A DNA stretch of 64,000 nucleotides, taken from Alphaproteobacteria bacterium (lineage in GTDB: Bacteria > Pseudomonadota > Alphaproteobacteria > SMXP01). The DNA lies in NCBI GenBank assembly GCA_965214255.1, contig OZ243948.1, forward strand, positions 1,094,225 to 1,158,224. Reading direction: 5' to 3'. The notes below the pieces were generated by a model. It did no database searches. It saw only the letters and a list, made by a program, of their open reading frames with translations, and had not been told where the DNA came from. The position numbers and the translations under genes are program-made. Below are positions 30,675-40,107 of this stretch, in pieces (the first letter of the stretch is position 1; each line of letters opens with the position of its first letter).

Positions 30675-31562
30675 ATGCTGACCTGTTCGCAAGCATCGGC
30701 AAGGCAGAACGAGCCGCTTTACGGTACGGCGGACAAGGTCGATGTATGGCTGATGCTGGAATACAACCGGACGTGGCGGGCCAAAGCTACCGAAGACAAC
30801 AATTTGCCCGGCGGCGTCAAAGAGTGGCTGGCGCGGAGTATCGACATGCTCAAGCGCGACCACGGCAAGACGGCGCGTCTGCAGTTCATCAGTCAGGACC
30901 GAAAATTCCGCGCAGACAGGCTCACATTCTTTGTCGGTGTAAACGACCACGCGCTGCCGAAACTCTTCAGACGATCCCTGAATCACTATGACGAACTCGA
31001 AACGCTTGATCTTGCGAAGGTCGTGACGGGGGACGGAACGGGCGAGCCGCAAACCGACCCCGCCTATTTTATCTGCACCAACGGGCGGCGTGACCGGTGT
31101 TGCGCCGTTCACGGCACCCCGCTCTATCTGACACTGGCGCGGAAAGTGGGGGCGGCAGCGTGGAAAACCACTCATTTGGGCGGTCACCGCTTTGCCGGCA
31201 ATGTGCTGACACTGCCCAGCGGAGCAAGTTACGGCCGCGTGTCGCGACACGATGTCGGCGCCCTTGTTGACGCCACGAATGCGGGCGAACTCGTCCTCGA
31301 AAACTTGCGGGGCCGAACCTGTTTCGAGCCTCATGAACAAATTGCGGAGTACTTCGTGCGCAGCCGCACGGGCCGCACGTCAATAGATGCGATACGCCGG
31401 ACCGGCGCGCCAAGCGGCGGCGCGTTCACCGCGGCGTTCAAGGACGCCGGTTCCGGGAAAACCCACGTGATTCGTCTGGCCCGGTCCGAAAGGCCGCGCG
31501 ATGTCGTCGGCAGTTGCGGTGACGATACGCCGAAACAAGTCTGGTACTACACTGAAGTCTGA
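30675..31562 (+). CDS. Sucrase/ferredoxin-like (thioredoxin-fold 2Fe-2S) protein
   Basis: ICTNGRRDRCCA and THLGGHRFAGN ligand motifs. Confidence 0.88.
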   Translation: MLTCSQASARQNEPLYGTADKVDVWLMLEYNRTWRAKATEDNNLPGGVKEWLARSIDMLKRDHGKTARLQFISQDRKFRADRLTFFVGVNDHALPKLFRRSLNHYDELETLDLAKVVTGDGTGEPQTDPAYFICTNGRRDRCCAVHGTPLYLTLARKVGAAAWKTTHLGGHRFAGNVLTLPSGASYGRVSRHDVGALVDATNAGELVLENLRGRTCFEPHEQIAEYFVRSRTGRTSIDAIRRTGAPSGGAFTAAFKDAGSGKTHVIRLARSERPRDVVGSCGDDTPKQVWYYTEV

Positions 31563-31630
31563 CCGGAACGAACCGACGCTTCATCGGGAGGAACCCGCCT
31601 TTTGGGACTTTCAATTCCGCCCGCAAAGCC

Positions 31631-32152
31631 CTAATCGGAGCCGCCGCGCGCCATGTCGTCGCCGAACATCGGCCCCCGCGCCATAAAGCCCATGACGTTT
31701 CCTTCCGGATCGCCAATATAATAAAGTTCCGCTTCTCCCTCCTCCGGCCAGCCCTCGATGAAAGTAGCGCCATTGGCTTCGGCGTTTTTGAGGACATCGT
31801 CGAGTTGATGTGTGCCGAAGACGGCAACGGTCCGCGATTGCATTCTTGACGTGCGCGGCGGATTGGGCGGCGCGCCCTTGTCCAAATATCCGATCTCCAA
31901 GACCTCGCCGCCGCCCGCGTGCAATCCGATAATGCGCTCCGAACTTGCCCAATCCCGAAACCCGAGTGCGCGATAATAGTCGGCCAGCGTCTCGGGATCA
32001 TGGGAACGGATAAGCACGATGGCGACGCCGCGCAAATGAGTCTTCAACCTGTCTTGGGTCCAATCCCAATCCTGTTGGGCCTGCGCTCCATGGGGCCACC
32101 CAAAAGCCGCAACGAAAACAAAAGTCAAAAGTCCGACAAAGCTGTTTTTCAT
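31631..32152 (-). CDS. Secreted VOC/glyoxalase-family protein
   Basis: Signal peptide (AQA-Q), LADYYRALGF, YIGDPEGNVMG. Confidence 0.8.
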   Translation of the reverse strand: MKNSFVGLLTFVFVAAFGWPHGAQAQQDWDWTQDRLKTHLRGVAIVLIRSHDPETLADYYRALGFRDWASSERIIGLHAGGGEVLEIGYLDKGAPPNPPRTSRMQSRTVAVFGTHQLDDVLKNAEANGATFIEGWPEEGEAELYYIGDPEGNVMGFMARGPMFGDDMARGGSD

Positions 32153-32279
32153 GACACGTCACCAATCGTCCCGGAGTTTTTGAAAAAGACTTCGGTCACA
32201 AGACCGAATACCATTTCACCGATCCTTCGATATTTGCAAAACTTGGCCGCCAAGTCGCGACTTTTCGGAATCGCTCCAT

Positions 32280-32309
32280 TTGACGGCCGGGGCTTGCGCT
32301 TTCTATAGT
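32280..32309 (+). promoter_or_regulatory. Candidate sigma70 promoter for the Dabb gene
   Basis: TTGACG-N18-TATAGT about 40 nt upstream of ATG 32351. Confidence 0.55.
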
Positions 32310-32350
32310 TGAACGCCTCCGAGAGACGACGAAACGGAAAGAGACCGCCC

Positions 32351-32647
32351 ATGCATCGGCATACAGTTTTTTTCAATCTCAACGATGATCTCGATGATGC
32401 CAAACGCGATGACGTCATCGCGGCGTTGCGCAAGCTCAAGGAACTGCCCACCGTAAATTCAATGATCCTTGAGAAGAATCTCGTACCCGCAGGCGACATG
32501 GCGCCTTACGAGTGGATCCTGATCGGCGATTTCGACGACCAGGATGCGCGCGACGCCTACGAACGGCACGACACACACGTAAAAATCATTCGCGAGACAT
32601 TCTTACCCAGCGTCAAGAACTTCGCCGTTGGTGACGTGAACTTTTAG
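32351..32647 (+). CDS. Dabb (stress-responsive alpha/beta barrel) protein
   Basis: MHRHTVFF ... FDDQDARDAYERHDTHV pattern, 98 aa. Confidence 0.85.
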   Translation: MHRHTVFFNLNDDLDDAKRDDVIAALRKLKELPTVNSMILEKNLVPAGDMAPYEWILIGDFDDQDARDAYERHDTHVKIIRETFLPSVKNFAVGDVNF

Positions 32648-32810
32648 CCAAGCGCCGGAGGGCACACGTCCGCCACCCGGTGTGAGCCCCTTTTGATCGA
32701 TTTTGGGGTCTCGACCGCGCGTCGGGTATGATTTCGACGCGCGGAACATCACGGTATCATCCGTGCACATCGTCGGGCGCAGTCTGCCGCGCCGTTACCG
32801 GAGCGTTATC

Positions 32811-33887
32811 ATGGTGCCGATTTATACCGCCGCCGCGGTTCAATGTAATATCCGGCCTGCTTTTCCCGATCGTTCCGGCGAATTGAATTCGGAAAACATC
32901 CGAAAGAATCTCGATCGGGTGATCGACATTATCGAGCGGGTCGCACAATGGAATCCCTCAAAGCTTTACGTGCTCCCCGAATTTTTCATGACGGGCGCCG
33001 GGGGCGTCGGACGAGACGTCCACGCGCGAAAGAAAATCTGTGTACGGATACCAGGGCCCGAAATTGAACGAATCTGCACGCTTGCCAAGACCGTCGATGC
33101 CTACATCGCCGGCATGATGTGGGAAATCATGGACGATTGGCCGGACCGGTACTGGAACACGGCGTTTGTTTGCAGCCCCGAGGGTGAAGTCGTGCTGAAA
33201 TATCACAAGCACTACGACCCTACGGGCAAGACGAAGCCCGGCGACGTATTGGAAGAATATGTGGACCGCTATGGCGAAGACCAGTTGTTCCCCGTGGTCG
33301 ATACGCCCATCGGCCGCATGGGATGCCTCGTCTGCTATGACATCAACTTTCCGGAAATGGCGCGCTGTCTAGCGCTCAACGGCGCCGAACTCATCCTCCA
33401 TCCCACGTCCGAAGGCCGCGCGCCCTTCCTGCTCGAAGACGAAGGGGGTTGGGAGATCGGCAAACGCGCCCGGGCTTACGAAAACCTGGCTTACGTCATT
33501 TCCGCCAACCAGGGCAGTTTCCTGGACAGCGATTATCCGAGCGAACGGATGCGCGGACGCTCTCAAATCATCGATTTCACCGGACGCGTCGTGAACATTG
33601 CCCAAACCACCGGCGAAGCGATTTTACAGGCGGATATCGAGATCGAGCGCCTGCGCAACAAACGCTCCCAAATGCAGATGAATTTTGTGGCGCAGTTGCA
33701 GACCAAAGTTCATGCACGCCAGTACGCGCGCAAGGAAATGTGGCCCCTGCACATGTGGGCCCATGAGCCGCCGCCCACCGACATGGCCAATGTCGTGGAG
33801 GGCCGGAAAGTGATCAGACGGCTGCAAGAGAACGGCAGCTTCGCGCCGCCCGGGTCGGGCATTCTCGACAAGGACAGCTTCGTCTGA
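32811..33887 (+). CDS. Nitrilase-superfamily hydrolase with canonical Glu-Lys-Cys triad
   Basis: VLPEF, LKYHK, GCLVCYDINFPE; GGAG RBS before ATG 32811. Confidence 0.92.
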   Translation: MVPIYTAAAVQCNIRPAFPDRSGELNSENIRKNLDRVIDIIERVAQWNPSKLYVLPEFFMTGAGGVGRDVHARKKICVRIPGPEIERICTLAKTVDAYIAGMMWEIMDDWPDRYWNTAFVCSPEGEVVLKYHKHYDPTGKTKPGDVLEEYVDRYGEDQLFPVVDTPIGRMGCLVCYDINFPEMARCLALNGAELILHPTSEGRAPFLLEDEGGWEIGKRARAYENLAYVISANQGSFLDSDYPSERMRGRSQIIDFTGRVVNIAQTTGEAILQADIEIERLRNKRSQMQMNFVAQLQTKVHARQYARKEMWPLHMWAHEPPPTDMANVVEGRKVIRRLQENGSFAPPGSGILDKDSFV

Positions 33888-33950
33888 GCGGACCGCGTCC
33901 ACGGGGCGCGCATATGTTATGAGATACAAGCTCCGGATCAGGAGACGGAT

Positions 33951-35012
33951 ATGACCCCTCGCTATTACGCGCTTGCGTGCCAGACCATCGTTCATCCCAT
34001 CCGCGAGGACGTGAAAACGCGAGACGAAGGACTCGAAATCATCAAGGCCAACATGGATGCGGCGGTCACGCTCATGTGGCGGGGCGTGGGCAATCATCTG
34101 GGCAACATCAAGCTTGTCTGTCTGCCGGAGATGTTCTTGACCCTGGCCCCCGTGGGCTGGCGCAATCGGCGGTCATCGGAGTTCTACGACATCGGCTGCG
34201 TCGAGGTGCCGGGTTCGGAACTGGAACCTCTGTTCGAGTTCGCTCGGGACGCCAAGGTGCATGTGGCGGCGAACTGTTATGAGCGCGACCCCAGATGGCC
34301 GGGGCGCTTTTTCAACTGCTCGTTCCTTATCGACCCCAAAGGCGAACTCGTTCTCAAATACCGTCGCGTACACAGTTCCGTGTCGTCTTCGCCGCACGAC
34401 TTTCTGGACGAATATGTCGAGGAATACGGCTGGGACGCCATCTTTCCCGTGGCCGATACGGAGCTCGGCCGCATCGCCATGTTCCCCTGCATGGAAGTGG
34501 TCAAACCGGAAGTTGCCCGCATGTATGCCCTCAAAGGCGCCGAAGTGCTGATCAATCCGACGAACGACTCCGATGACTTTCCGGGCTGGGTCGCGTGCAA
34601 GCAGGCGCGCGCGCTTGAAAACAATTGCTACCTGATCTCGACCAATTGCGGCGGCTGGGTGACCCCGCGCGGCTATCTCGAGTCGACCAACGCGGGCGGC
34701 ACCGTCATGATCGACTATATGGGCAACATCTACCAGAAGCAGCTTCATGCGGGCGAAAGCATGAAATGCCGCGGTCTCATCGACATCGAGCAATTGCGCG
34801 CTCATCGCCATTCGCGCCATACGCTGAATTACATTCCGCAGTTGCGCACCGAAGTCTACACCGGGTATCGAAAGACCGTCACGCCGCCCAACCAGTTCCC
34901 AACCGCCATGGAAGACGATTCGCAGCTTAGAAATCTCTACGTCGAGACAATGGACCGCCTGACAAAAGAAGGTCTCTTTCCGCGGCCCATGTACGACGGC
35001 GGCGACGATTGA
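33951..35012 (+). CDS. Nitrilase-superfamily hydrolase (Glu-Arg-Cys)
   Basis: CLPEM, LKYRR, AMFPCMEVVKPE, ARALENNCY; AGGAG RBS. Confidence 0.9.
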   Translation: MTPRYYALACQTIVHPIREDVKTRDEGLEIIKANMDAAVTLMWRGVGNHLGNIKLVCLPEMFLTLAPVGWRNRRSSEFYDIGCVEVPGSELEPLFEFARDAKVHVAANCYERDPRWPGRFFNCSFLIDPKGELVLKYRRVHSSVSSSPHDFLDEYVEEYGWDAIFPVADTELGRIAMFPCMEVVKPEVARMYALKGAEVLINPTNDSDDFPGWVACKQARALENNCYLISTNCGGWVTPRGYLESTNAGGTVMIDYMGNIYQKQLHAGESMKCRGLIDIEQLRAHRHSRHTLNYIPQLRTEVYTGYRKTVTPPNQFPTAMEDDSQLRNLYVETMDRLTKEGLFPRPMYDGGDD

Positions 35013-35016
35013 AGCG

Positions 35017-36216
35017 ATGAGCATCAACGCCGACCCGGAACGATCCCGATGGGGTGAAACGGAGTTGATCGAACGGGCCCGCGCGCTCGGCCCGGCCCTT
35101 GCCGCACAAAGACTCGAGACGCGCGCATTGCGGCGTCTGCCCGACAACATCGTGTCGGCCCTCAAAGAGAACCGGTTTTTCAAAGCCTGCCAGCCGGCGC
35201 GTTTCGGGGGTTTTGAACTGCCCTTCGGCGCCACCATGAAGGTCGCCGCGGAACTCGCAAAGTTCTGCGGCTCGACCGGCTGGGTCGCGTCCGTCATGGG
35301 CGTTCACCACTGGATGACGGCCAAATTCGACCTCGAAGCCCAGGAAGACGTTTGGGGCGATGATCCGGACAAGGTCGTAGCGTCGGCGTTCCGCTTCGTA
35401 CAAGGGACCGTCACACAAGTGGACGGCGGCTGGAAGGTCACGGGCAAAGTCGCATTCGCCAGCGGCATCGACATTGCCGATTGGGTCATCATGGGAACGC
35501 CCCCTTTGGAACAAGAGCACGGGCCGCCCGACCGCACCTTTCTGCTCGTGCCCAAATCGGACTACGAGATTCTCGACGTATGGCACTCACCGGGTCTAAG
35601 CGGCACCGGCACGAACGATATCGAACTCGAGAACGTTTTCGTGCCCGCCCATCGGGCCCTCTCGTTTTCCGAGATCGACAAGATCGAGACGCCCGGCTCC
35701 AAGGTTCACGGCGCCGCTTACCGCCTGCCTCTTTTCGGTCCGTTCAATTACAGCATCGCCGCGCCCGCCGTCGGCATGGCGGAAGGCGCGCTCGGCGCGT
35801 TTTGCGAAAGAATGGGGGTGCGGAACGACCCGAGGAAGCAAAACCGCATCGCCGAAAACGCCACGCTGCAGGTGCGCACCGCCGAGGCTTCGGCCGAGAT
35901 CGACTGCGCCCGGCTTCTGTTCGAAACGGACGTCCGCCGCATGCGCAAAGCCGCGTTACAAAACGCCGAACCGACTCCGGCGGATATCGCGCGCTTCACG
36001 CGCAACGCGGCTTACGCGGCGACCTTGTGCAAGCGGGCGTGCGCGCGGCTCACGGAAGCCATGGGGGCGGGCGGACTCAAACAAGACAATCTCGTGCATC
36101 TGGCCTATGCCGATATTCACGCGGCCTCGGTCCATATCGTGACGGTGTGGGACTTGAACGCACAGCCCTACGGCAAACACCTCCTCGGCGTCGAGCATCA
36201 CGGCCCTCTGCCTTAG
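35017..36216 (+). CDS. Acyl-CoA-dehydrogenase-fold flavin-dependent monooxygenase (HsaA-like oxygenase component)
   Basis: QPARFGGFE, CGSTGWV, FASGIDIADW and W..PGLSGTGTND motifs. Confidence 0.88.
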   Translation: MSINADPERSRWGETELIERARALGPALAAQRLETRALRRLPDNIVSALKENRFFKACQPARFGGFELPFGATMKVAAELAKFCGSTGWVASVMGVHHWMTAKFDLEAQEDVWGDDPDKVVASAFRFVQGTVTQVDGGWKVTGKVAFASGIDIADWVIMGTPPLEQEHGPPDRTFLLVPKSDYEILDVWHSPGLSGTGTNDIELENVFVPAHRALSFSEIDKIETPGSKVHGAAYRLPLFGPFNYSIAAPAVGMAEGALGAFCERMGVRNDPRKQNRIAENATLQVRTAEASAEIDCARLLFETDVRRMRKAALQNAEPTPADIARFTRNAAYAATLCKRACARLTEAMGAGGLKQDNLVHLAYADIHAASVHIVTVWDLNAQPYGKHLLGVEHHGPLP

Positions 36217-36222
36217 AGCGCT

Positions 36223-37224
36223 TCAAATATTTTGGTACGGGTTTCCCTCGACGTTGGGGATGGCGAAGAGGGATTTCCAATCTTTGGCGATGAGCAGATC
36301 CATGAGTTCGGAGGGTTGGCCGTTTTGGCGCTTCTCCATCTCCGTACGGATGGTACGCAACGCCGCGTCCGCCCCCTCGCCAAAAAGCTCCCGCAAATAT
36401 TCAACGGGAACACGAGGCGCATCGCTGAAATTACCGGCCTCATCAAACGAATCCGGCAAAATCGGCGGAACATAAAAAACATTGGGCTCGGTCCCGTATT
36501 CAGGGTGCAAAGGCAGAGCAACACCCCATTCGTTCACCAACTTGTCAATCGGACCCCCTGCATCGTCCAAATAACCCACAAACCTCAAACGGCCAGGACA
36601 CTGACGCGCGCACGCAGGCGCCACACCCTGCTCCAAACGCGGAAAACAGAAAATGCATTTCTGAGACGTCCGCGTCACATAGTTGAAATAAACCTTGCCG
36701 TAAGGACACGCACGGTTGCACTGACGATTGCCGCGGCACTTGTCCTGGTCAACAAGAACAATGCCGTCCTCCTCACGCTTGTAAATCGCCTGAACAGGAC
36801 ACGCCTCAAGACACGACGGCTTGGTGCAGTGATTGCAAAGACGAGGCAGATAAAAATGATAGTTGTTCGGGTAAACGCCCGAACTCGTGTCCTCGTCCCA
36901 GTTGGCGCCGTATTCCAAAGGCTCGCTCAACTGAAGACGGTCCGACGTCCCCTCAAAATAAACGGACGTGTGGTTGAGAGGACGCTCCTCCCCGTGATCC
37001 TCCTTGCGAGGCGTGCGGCCGTAACGCACACGACCTCCCCTCCAGCCGCCCCCCTGACGCTCCCAGTTCTTCGGATACCCGCGCCCGGGCTTCGTCTCGA
37101 CATTGTTCCACAACTGATATTCCTGACCCGCCTCGTCCGTCCACAAAGACTTGCACGCCGCCGTGCACGCCTGACACCCAATGCATTTGTTCAGATCGAT
37201 CACCATGGCAATCTGTCGCGCCAT
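36223..37224 (-). CDS. Type II DMSO-reductase-family iron-sulfur beta subunit (EbdB/SerB-like)
   Basis: DLNKCIGCQACTAACK, WNNVET, PRLCNHC..PSCLEACP, KCIFCFPR, PLHPEYGTEPNVFY. Confidence 0.95.
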   Translation of the reverse strand: MARQIAMVIDLNKCIGCQACTAACKSLWTDEAGQEYQLWNNVETKPGRGYPKNWERQGGGWRGGRVRYGRTPRKEDHGEERPLNHTSVYFEGTSDRLQLSEPLEYGANWDEDTSSGVYPNNYHFYLPRLCNHCTKPSCLEACPVQAIYKREEDGIVLVDQDKCRGNRQCNRACPYGKVYFNYVTRTSQKCIFCFPRLEQGVAPACARQCPGRLRFVGYLDDAGGPIDKLVNEWGVALPLHPEYGTEPNVFYVPPILPDSFDEAGNFSDAPRVPVEYLRELFGEGADAALRTIRTEMEKRQNGQPSELMDLLIAKDWKSLFAIPNVEGNPYQNI

Positions 37225-37275
37225 CGCCCGTCCTCCCTCTAATCACAAATCATTCACATAAACCGCACACAAACC

Positions 37276-40023
37276 TCAAATAGACCGGTCCCCGGAACCT
37301 CCAACATACAACTCAAAATCACACGTGAAATCCTTGAACGTCTGGTTGGGCGTGAAGAACAACGGACGGTAATAAAGATGACCGTAATCTCCAACGATAT
37401 TCGTCGGTTTGATGAGACCGCCCGTCGCGATCACCGAACTGAAATTCTTTTGACCCTTGAACATCATGGGGTCCCAGCCGTGATACATGAACATCATCCC
37501 CGGCTGGATGGCCGACGAAATATGAGCCTGCACGATGAATTCCCCAAGAGGGTTGAAGACACGAACCTCATCCCCGTCCCTCACGCCGCGGACAAACGCA
37601 TCGTCGGGACTGATGAAAATGTCCGGCTCTCCCCTTTGAAGACTAACAAGCAAAGGATCGTCGCGCCACATGCTGTGAATCCCGTGGCGCGCGTGACCCA
37701 TCATCAGTTGCAGCGGATACCCCTCGATCTTCAGCGGCGCACGGTAGTCCGGCAGCGCCTCCCCGAACTTCAAAAACCATTCATGATCGAAATAATACTG
37801 CTGACGGGACGTCAAGGTTTGATAGGGCACTTTGCCGTAGACGCTCGCCGACAATTCGAAGTTGTAAGGCGAGCCTTCGCCGAAGACCGTCGTATCGGAA
37901 TCGTTGACGCGAACGATGCCCCGCCTTGACAGTTCTTCGAACGGCATTTTGGGAATGCCTGGGGTCGCGTCGATCAGGAACTGCACCATGTCCCTGGTCG
38001 AATTGATCGTGCCGTTCAAGGTGAAATGCTGGCCGGCCTTGCTGTAGTCGCGCTGCATGGGATTGCCCATGAAGTTGTCTTCAATGGGCGCGATGCCCCG
38101 CTCCGCGGCGCGGCGGCCGATGGTCTCGCACAAGCGTTTCAGGATCGTCCAGTCATCGAGCGATTCGCCCAGCGGTTCGACGGCCGCGTCGATCACTTGA
38201 AGATAGGGCGTGCGCGGCTCCTGCAACATGTCCTGCCGTTCATAGTGACTGGCAATCGGCAAAATATAGTCCGCGTAATGCGCGGTGACGCTCATGTCGG
38301 GCGTCATGGCAACGATGGTTTCAAGCTTGTCGAAGCCTTCCGAGCGCCATCGATCGCCCGAGGCGCGCCAATTGGCGGGATTGCAGCCCGCGAAGAATCC
38401 CATACGCCAGGGCACCGGCGCATGGTCGGGGATCCAGCCGCGCTCGTGGGCTTCCCGATAATGTCGAGCCAGTTCATCGGCGAAGTCTTGGCCGTAAATT
38501 TGAGCGTTGACCTGGTTCATGTCGCACTGTTCGTAGTCGAACATTTCGCCCGATACCAGACGCATGGCGGGCGGGATGTCTTTGGCGACATAGGCCAAAA
38601 TACCGTCTTTCCTGGCCAGGTTGGTGACCTGAAAGCCGCCGCCTTCCGGGCCGATATTGCCGGTCAGGGACAAGAGCAGCAGCATCGCGCGCTGCAAAAG
38701 ATCGCCGTGAAGCCATTTCGACGACGCGTAGCCCGAGAAGATCATGGCGGGCTTGGCCGCCGCGAACTCGCGGGCCACGGTGCGCACGGCTTCGGGATTG
38801 ACGCCGGTGATCTCGGCGGCGGCCTCAGGCGTGTACGCCGCCGCCTTCGCTTTGACCTGTTCGAAAACCGTGGTCACCTCGACGGCGCCGTCGACCGTTT
38901 CCACGGTCCACCGTCCTTCGAGCGAGGGAGCGATGTCGCCGAGCGCGAGGCTGGTGCCGTCGCCGCCGGTGGCCGGCGCCTTGACGGCCATACCCGTCGC
39001 CTCGTCCCACATGTAAAAGACGGTCTCGCTCCCGTCCGGTTCCATATCGGAGGCGCGCAGGAACCGCTGATTGTCGGTGCGCACCAGGAAAGGCAAATCC
39101 GTCTGTTCACGGATGTAGTCGGCATCGTAGCTCTTGTCTTCCAGGACCGTTTGCACCATCGCCATGGCAAGCGCCGCGTCGGTCCCAGGCCTGGGGTTGA
39201 GCCAGCGGTTGGCGTGCATGGCGGAGGCGGTGAACTCCGGCGAAATGGCCGTCACCTTGGTGCCGTTGTAGCGGGCCTCCCAGAAAAAATGCGCATCCGG
39301 TATGCGCGTCACCGCCGGGTTGACCATCCAGATGAGACAGGCGCGCGATTTGTAAACCGCCGCCATGGTGTCGCCCCAGGTGTTCAGGCCGAAAGTCATG
39401 TAAATGCCGAGAGGCTGGTCGCCGACGCCCGCGAAACTTTCCGGCACGGCGACGCCCGTGATCGTGGAAAAGCGCAGAGTGCCCGCAATGCACGAGCGCT
39501 TGACCACCATCTGGGTGCCCAGATCGTAGGATATCGCTTCCGGTCCGTCCTCGACCGCCACATCGATGAACTTGTCGGCGATTTCATCGAGCGCCTGGTC
39601 CCAGGTGACGCGCTCCCATTTGCCGTCTCCGCGCGCGCCCACGCGCTTCATCGGATAAAGAACCCGTTGCGGGCCGTACATGTATTTGGCGTGGCGCAAG
39701 CCTTTCTGACAGCCGCGCGGGCCGTAATCGGGGGTGTCTCCGGACGCGCCGTATTCGGCCTGCTGCTCCTCGCGCCAGGCGATCCCGTTCTTGACGAATA
39801 CGTTGAAAGCGCAACTGCCCGTGCAATTGGTCCCGTGCGAACTGTGGACGACCTTGTCCCATGTCCATTTTTGACGCATCACGTCTTCGAAGCCGTTGTA
39901 GGACGGTGCGGCGGCCTCCTGCGCCCGGGCGGCAACCGAGCCGTATCGGAGCGTCAACGCGTTGGCGGCGACGGCGGCCGCGCCGACCACGAAGCCGCGG
40001 CGAGAAACGGCAAAAGTATTCAT
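37276..40023 (-). CDS. Type II DMSO-reductase-family molybdopterin alpha subunit (ethylbenzene / steroid C25 dehydrogenase-like), Tat-exported
   Basis: SRRGF Tat motif, HGTNCTGSC...PRGCQKG FS0 motif, probable Mo-ligand Asp in VGDQP, TRIPDAHF, HARHGIHS.W. Confidence 0.9.
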   Translation of the reverse strand: MNTFAVSRRGFVVGAAAVAANALTLRYGSVAARAQEAAAPSYNGFEDVMRQKWTWDKVVHSSHGTNCTGSCAFNVFVKNGIAWREEQQAEYGASGDTPDYGPRGCQKGLRHAKYMYGPQRVLYPMKRVGARGDGKWERVTWDQALDEIADKFIDVAVEDGPEAISYDLGTQMVVKRSCIAGTLRFSTITGVAVPESFAGVGDQPLGIYMTFGLNTWGDTMAAVYKSRACLIWMVNPAVTRIPDAHFFWEARYNGTKVTAISPEFTASAMHANRWLNPRPGTDAALAMAMVQTVLEDKSYDADYIREQTDLPFLVRTDNQRFLRASDMEPDGSETVFYMWDEATGMAVKAPATGGDGTSLALGDIAPSLEGRWTVETVDGAVEVTTVFEQVKAKAAAYTPEAAAEITGVNPEAVRTVAREFAAAKPAMIFSGYASSKWLHGDLLQRAMLLLLSLTGNIGPEGGGFQVTNLARKDGILAYVAKDIPPAMRLVSGEMFDYEQCDMNQVNAQIYGQDFADELARHYREAHERGWIPDHAPVPWRMGFFAGCNPANWRASGDRWRSEGFDKLETIVAMTPDMSVTAHYADYILPIASHYERQDMLQEPRTPYLQVIDAAVEPLGESLDDWTILKRLCETIGRRAAERGIAPIEDNFMGNPMQRDYSKAGQHFTLNGTINSTRDMVQFLIDATPGIPKMPFEELSRRGIVRVNDSDTTVFGEGSPYNFELSASVYGKVPYQTLTSRQQYYFDHEWFLKFGEALPDYRAPLKIEGYPLQLMMGHARHGIHSMWRDDPLLVSLQRGEPDIFISPDDAFVRGVRDGDEVRVFNPLGEFIVQAHISSAIQPGMMFMYHGWDPMMFKGQKNFSSVIATGGLIKPTNIVGDYGHLYYRPLFFTPNQTFKDFTCDFELYVGGSGDRSI

Positions 40024-40107
40024 CCGACAAATCTCCCACAAAGCGCGGCGGCCCCGAGTCCCGCGCCGGACATGTTATATGGGCGGCCCGTCACCCTCCA
40101 GGCTCCG

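Noticed and set aside
29201-30991. 596-aa plus-strand ORF, and similar long Arg/Ala-rich ORFs at 4879-6570, 42161-43810, 45963-47504, 55468-56976 and 59962-61335
   Set aside because: They overlap well-supported genes on the other strand or frame and have no recognisable domain.
36223-40023. Respiratory nitrate reductase narGH
   Set aside because: Alpha (~915 aa, Tat signal) and beta (333 aa) are much shorter than NarG/NarH and there is no narJI; better fits the periplasmic EbdA/SerA-type group.
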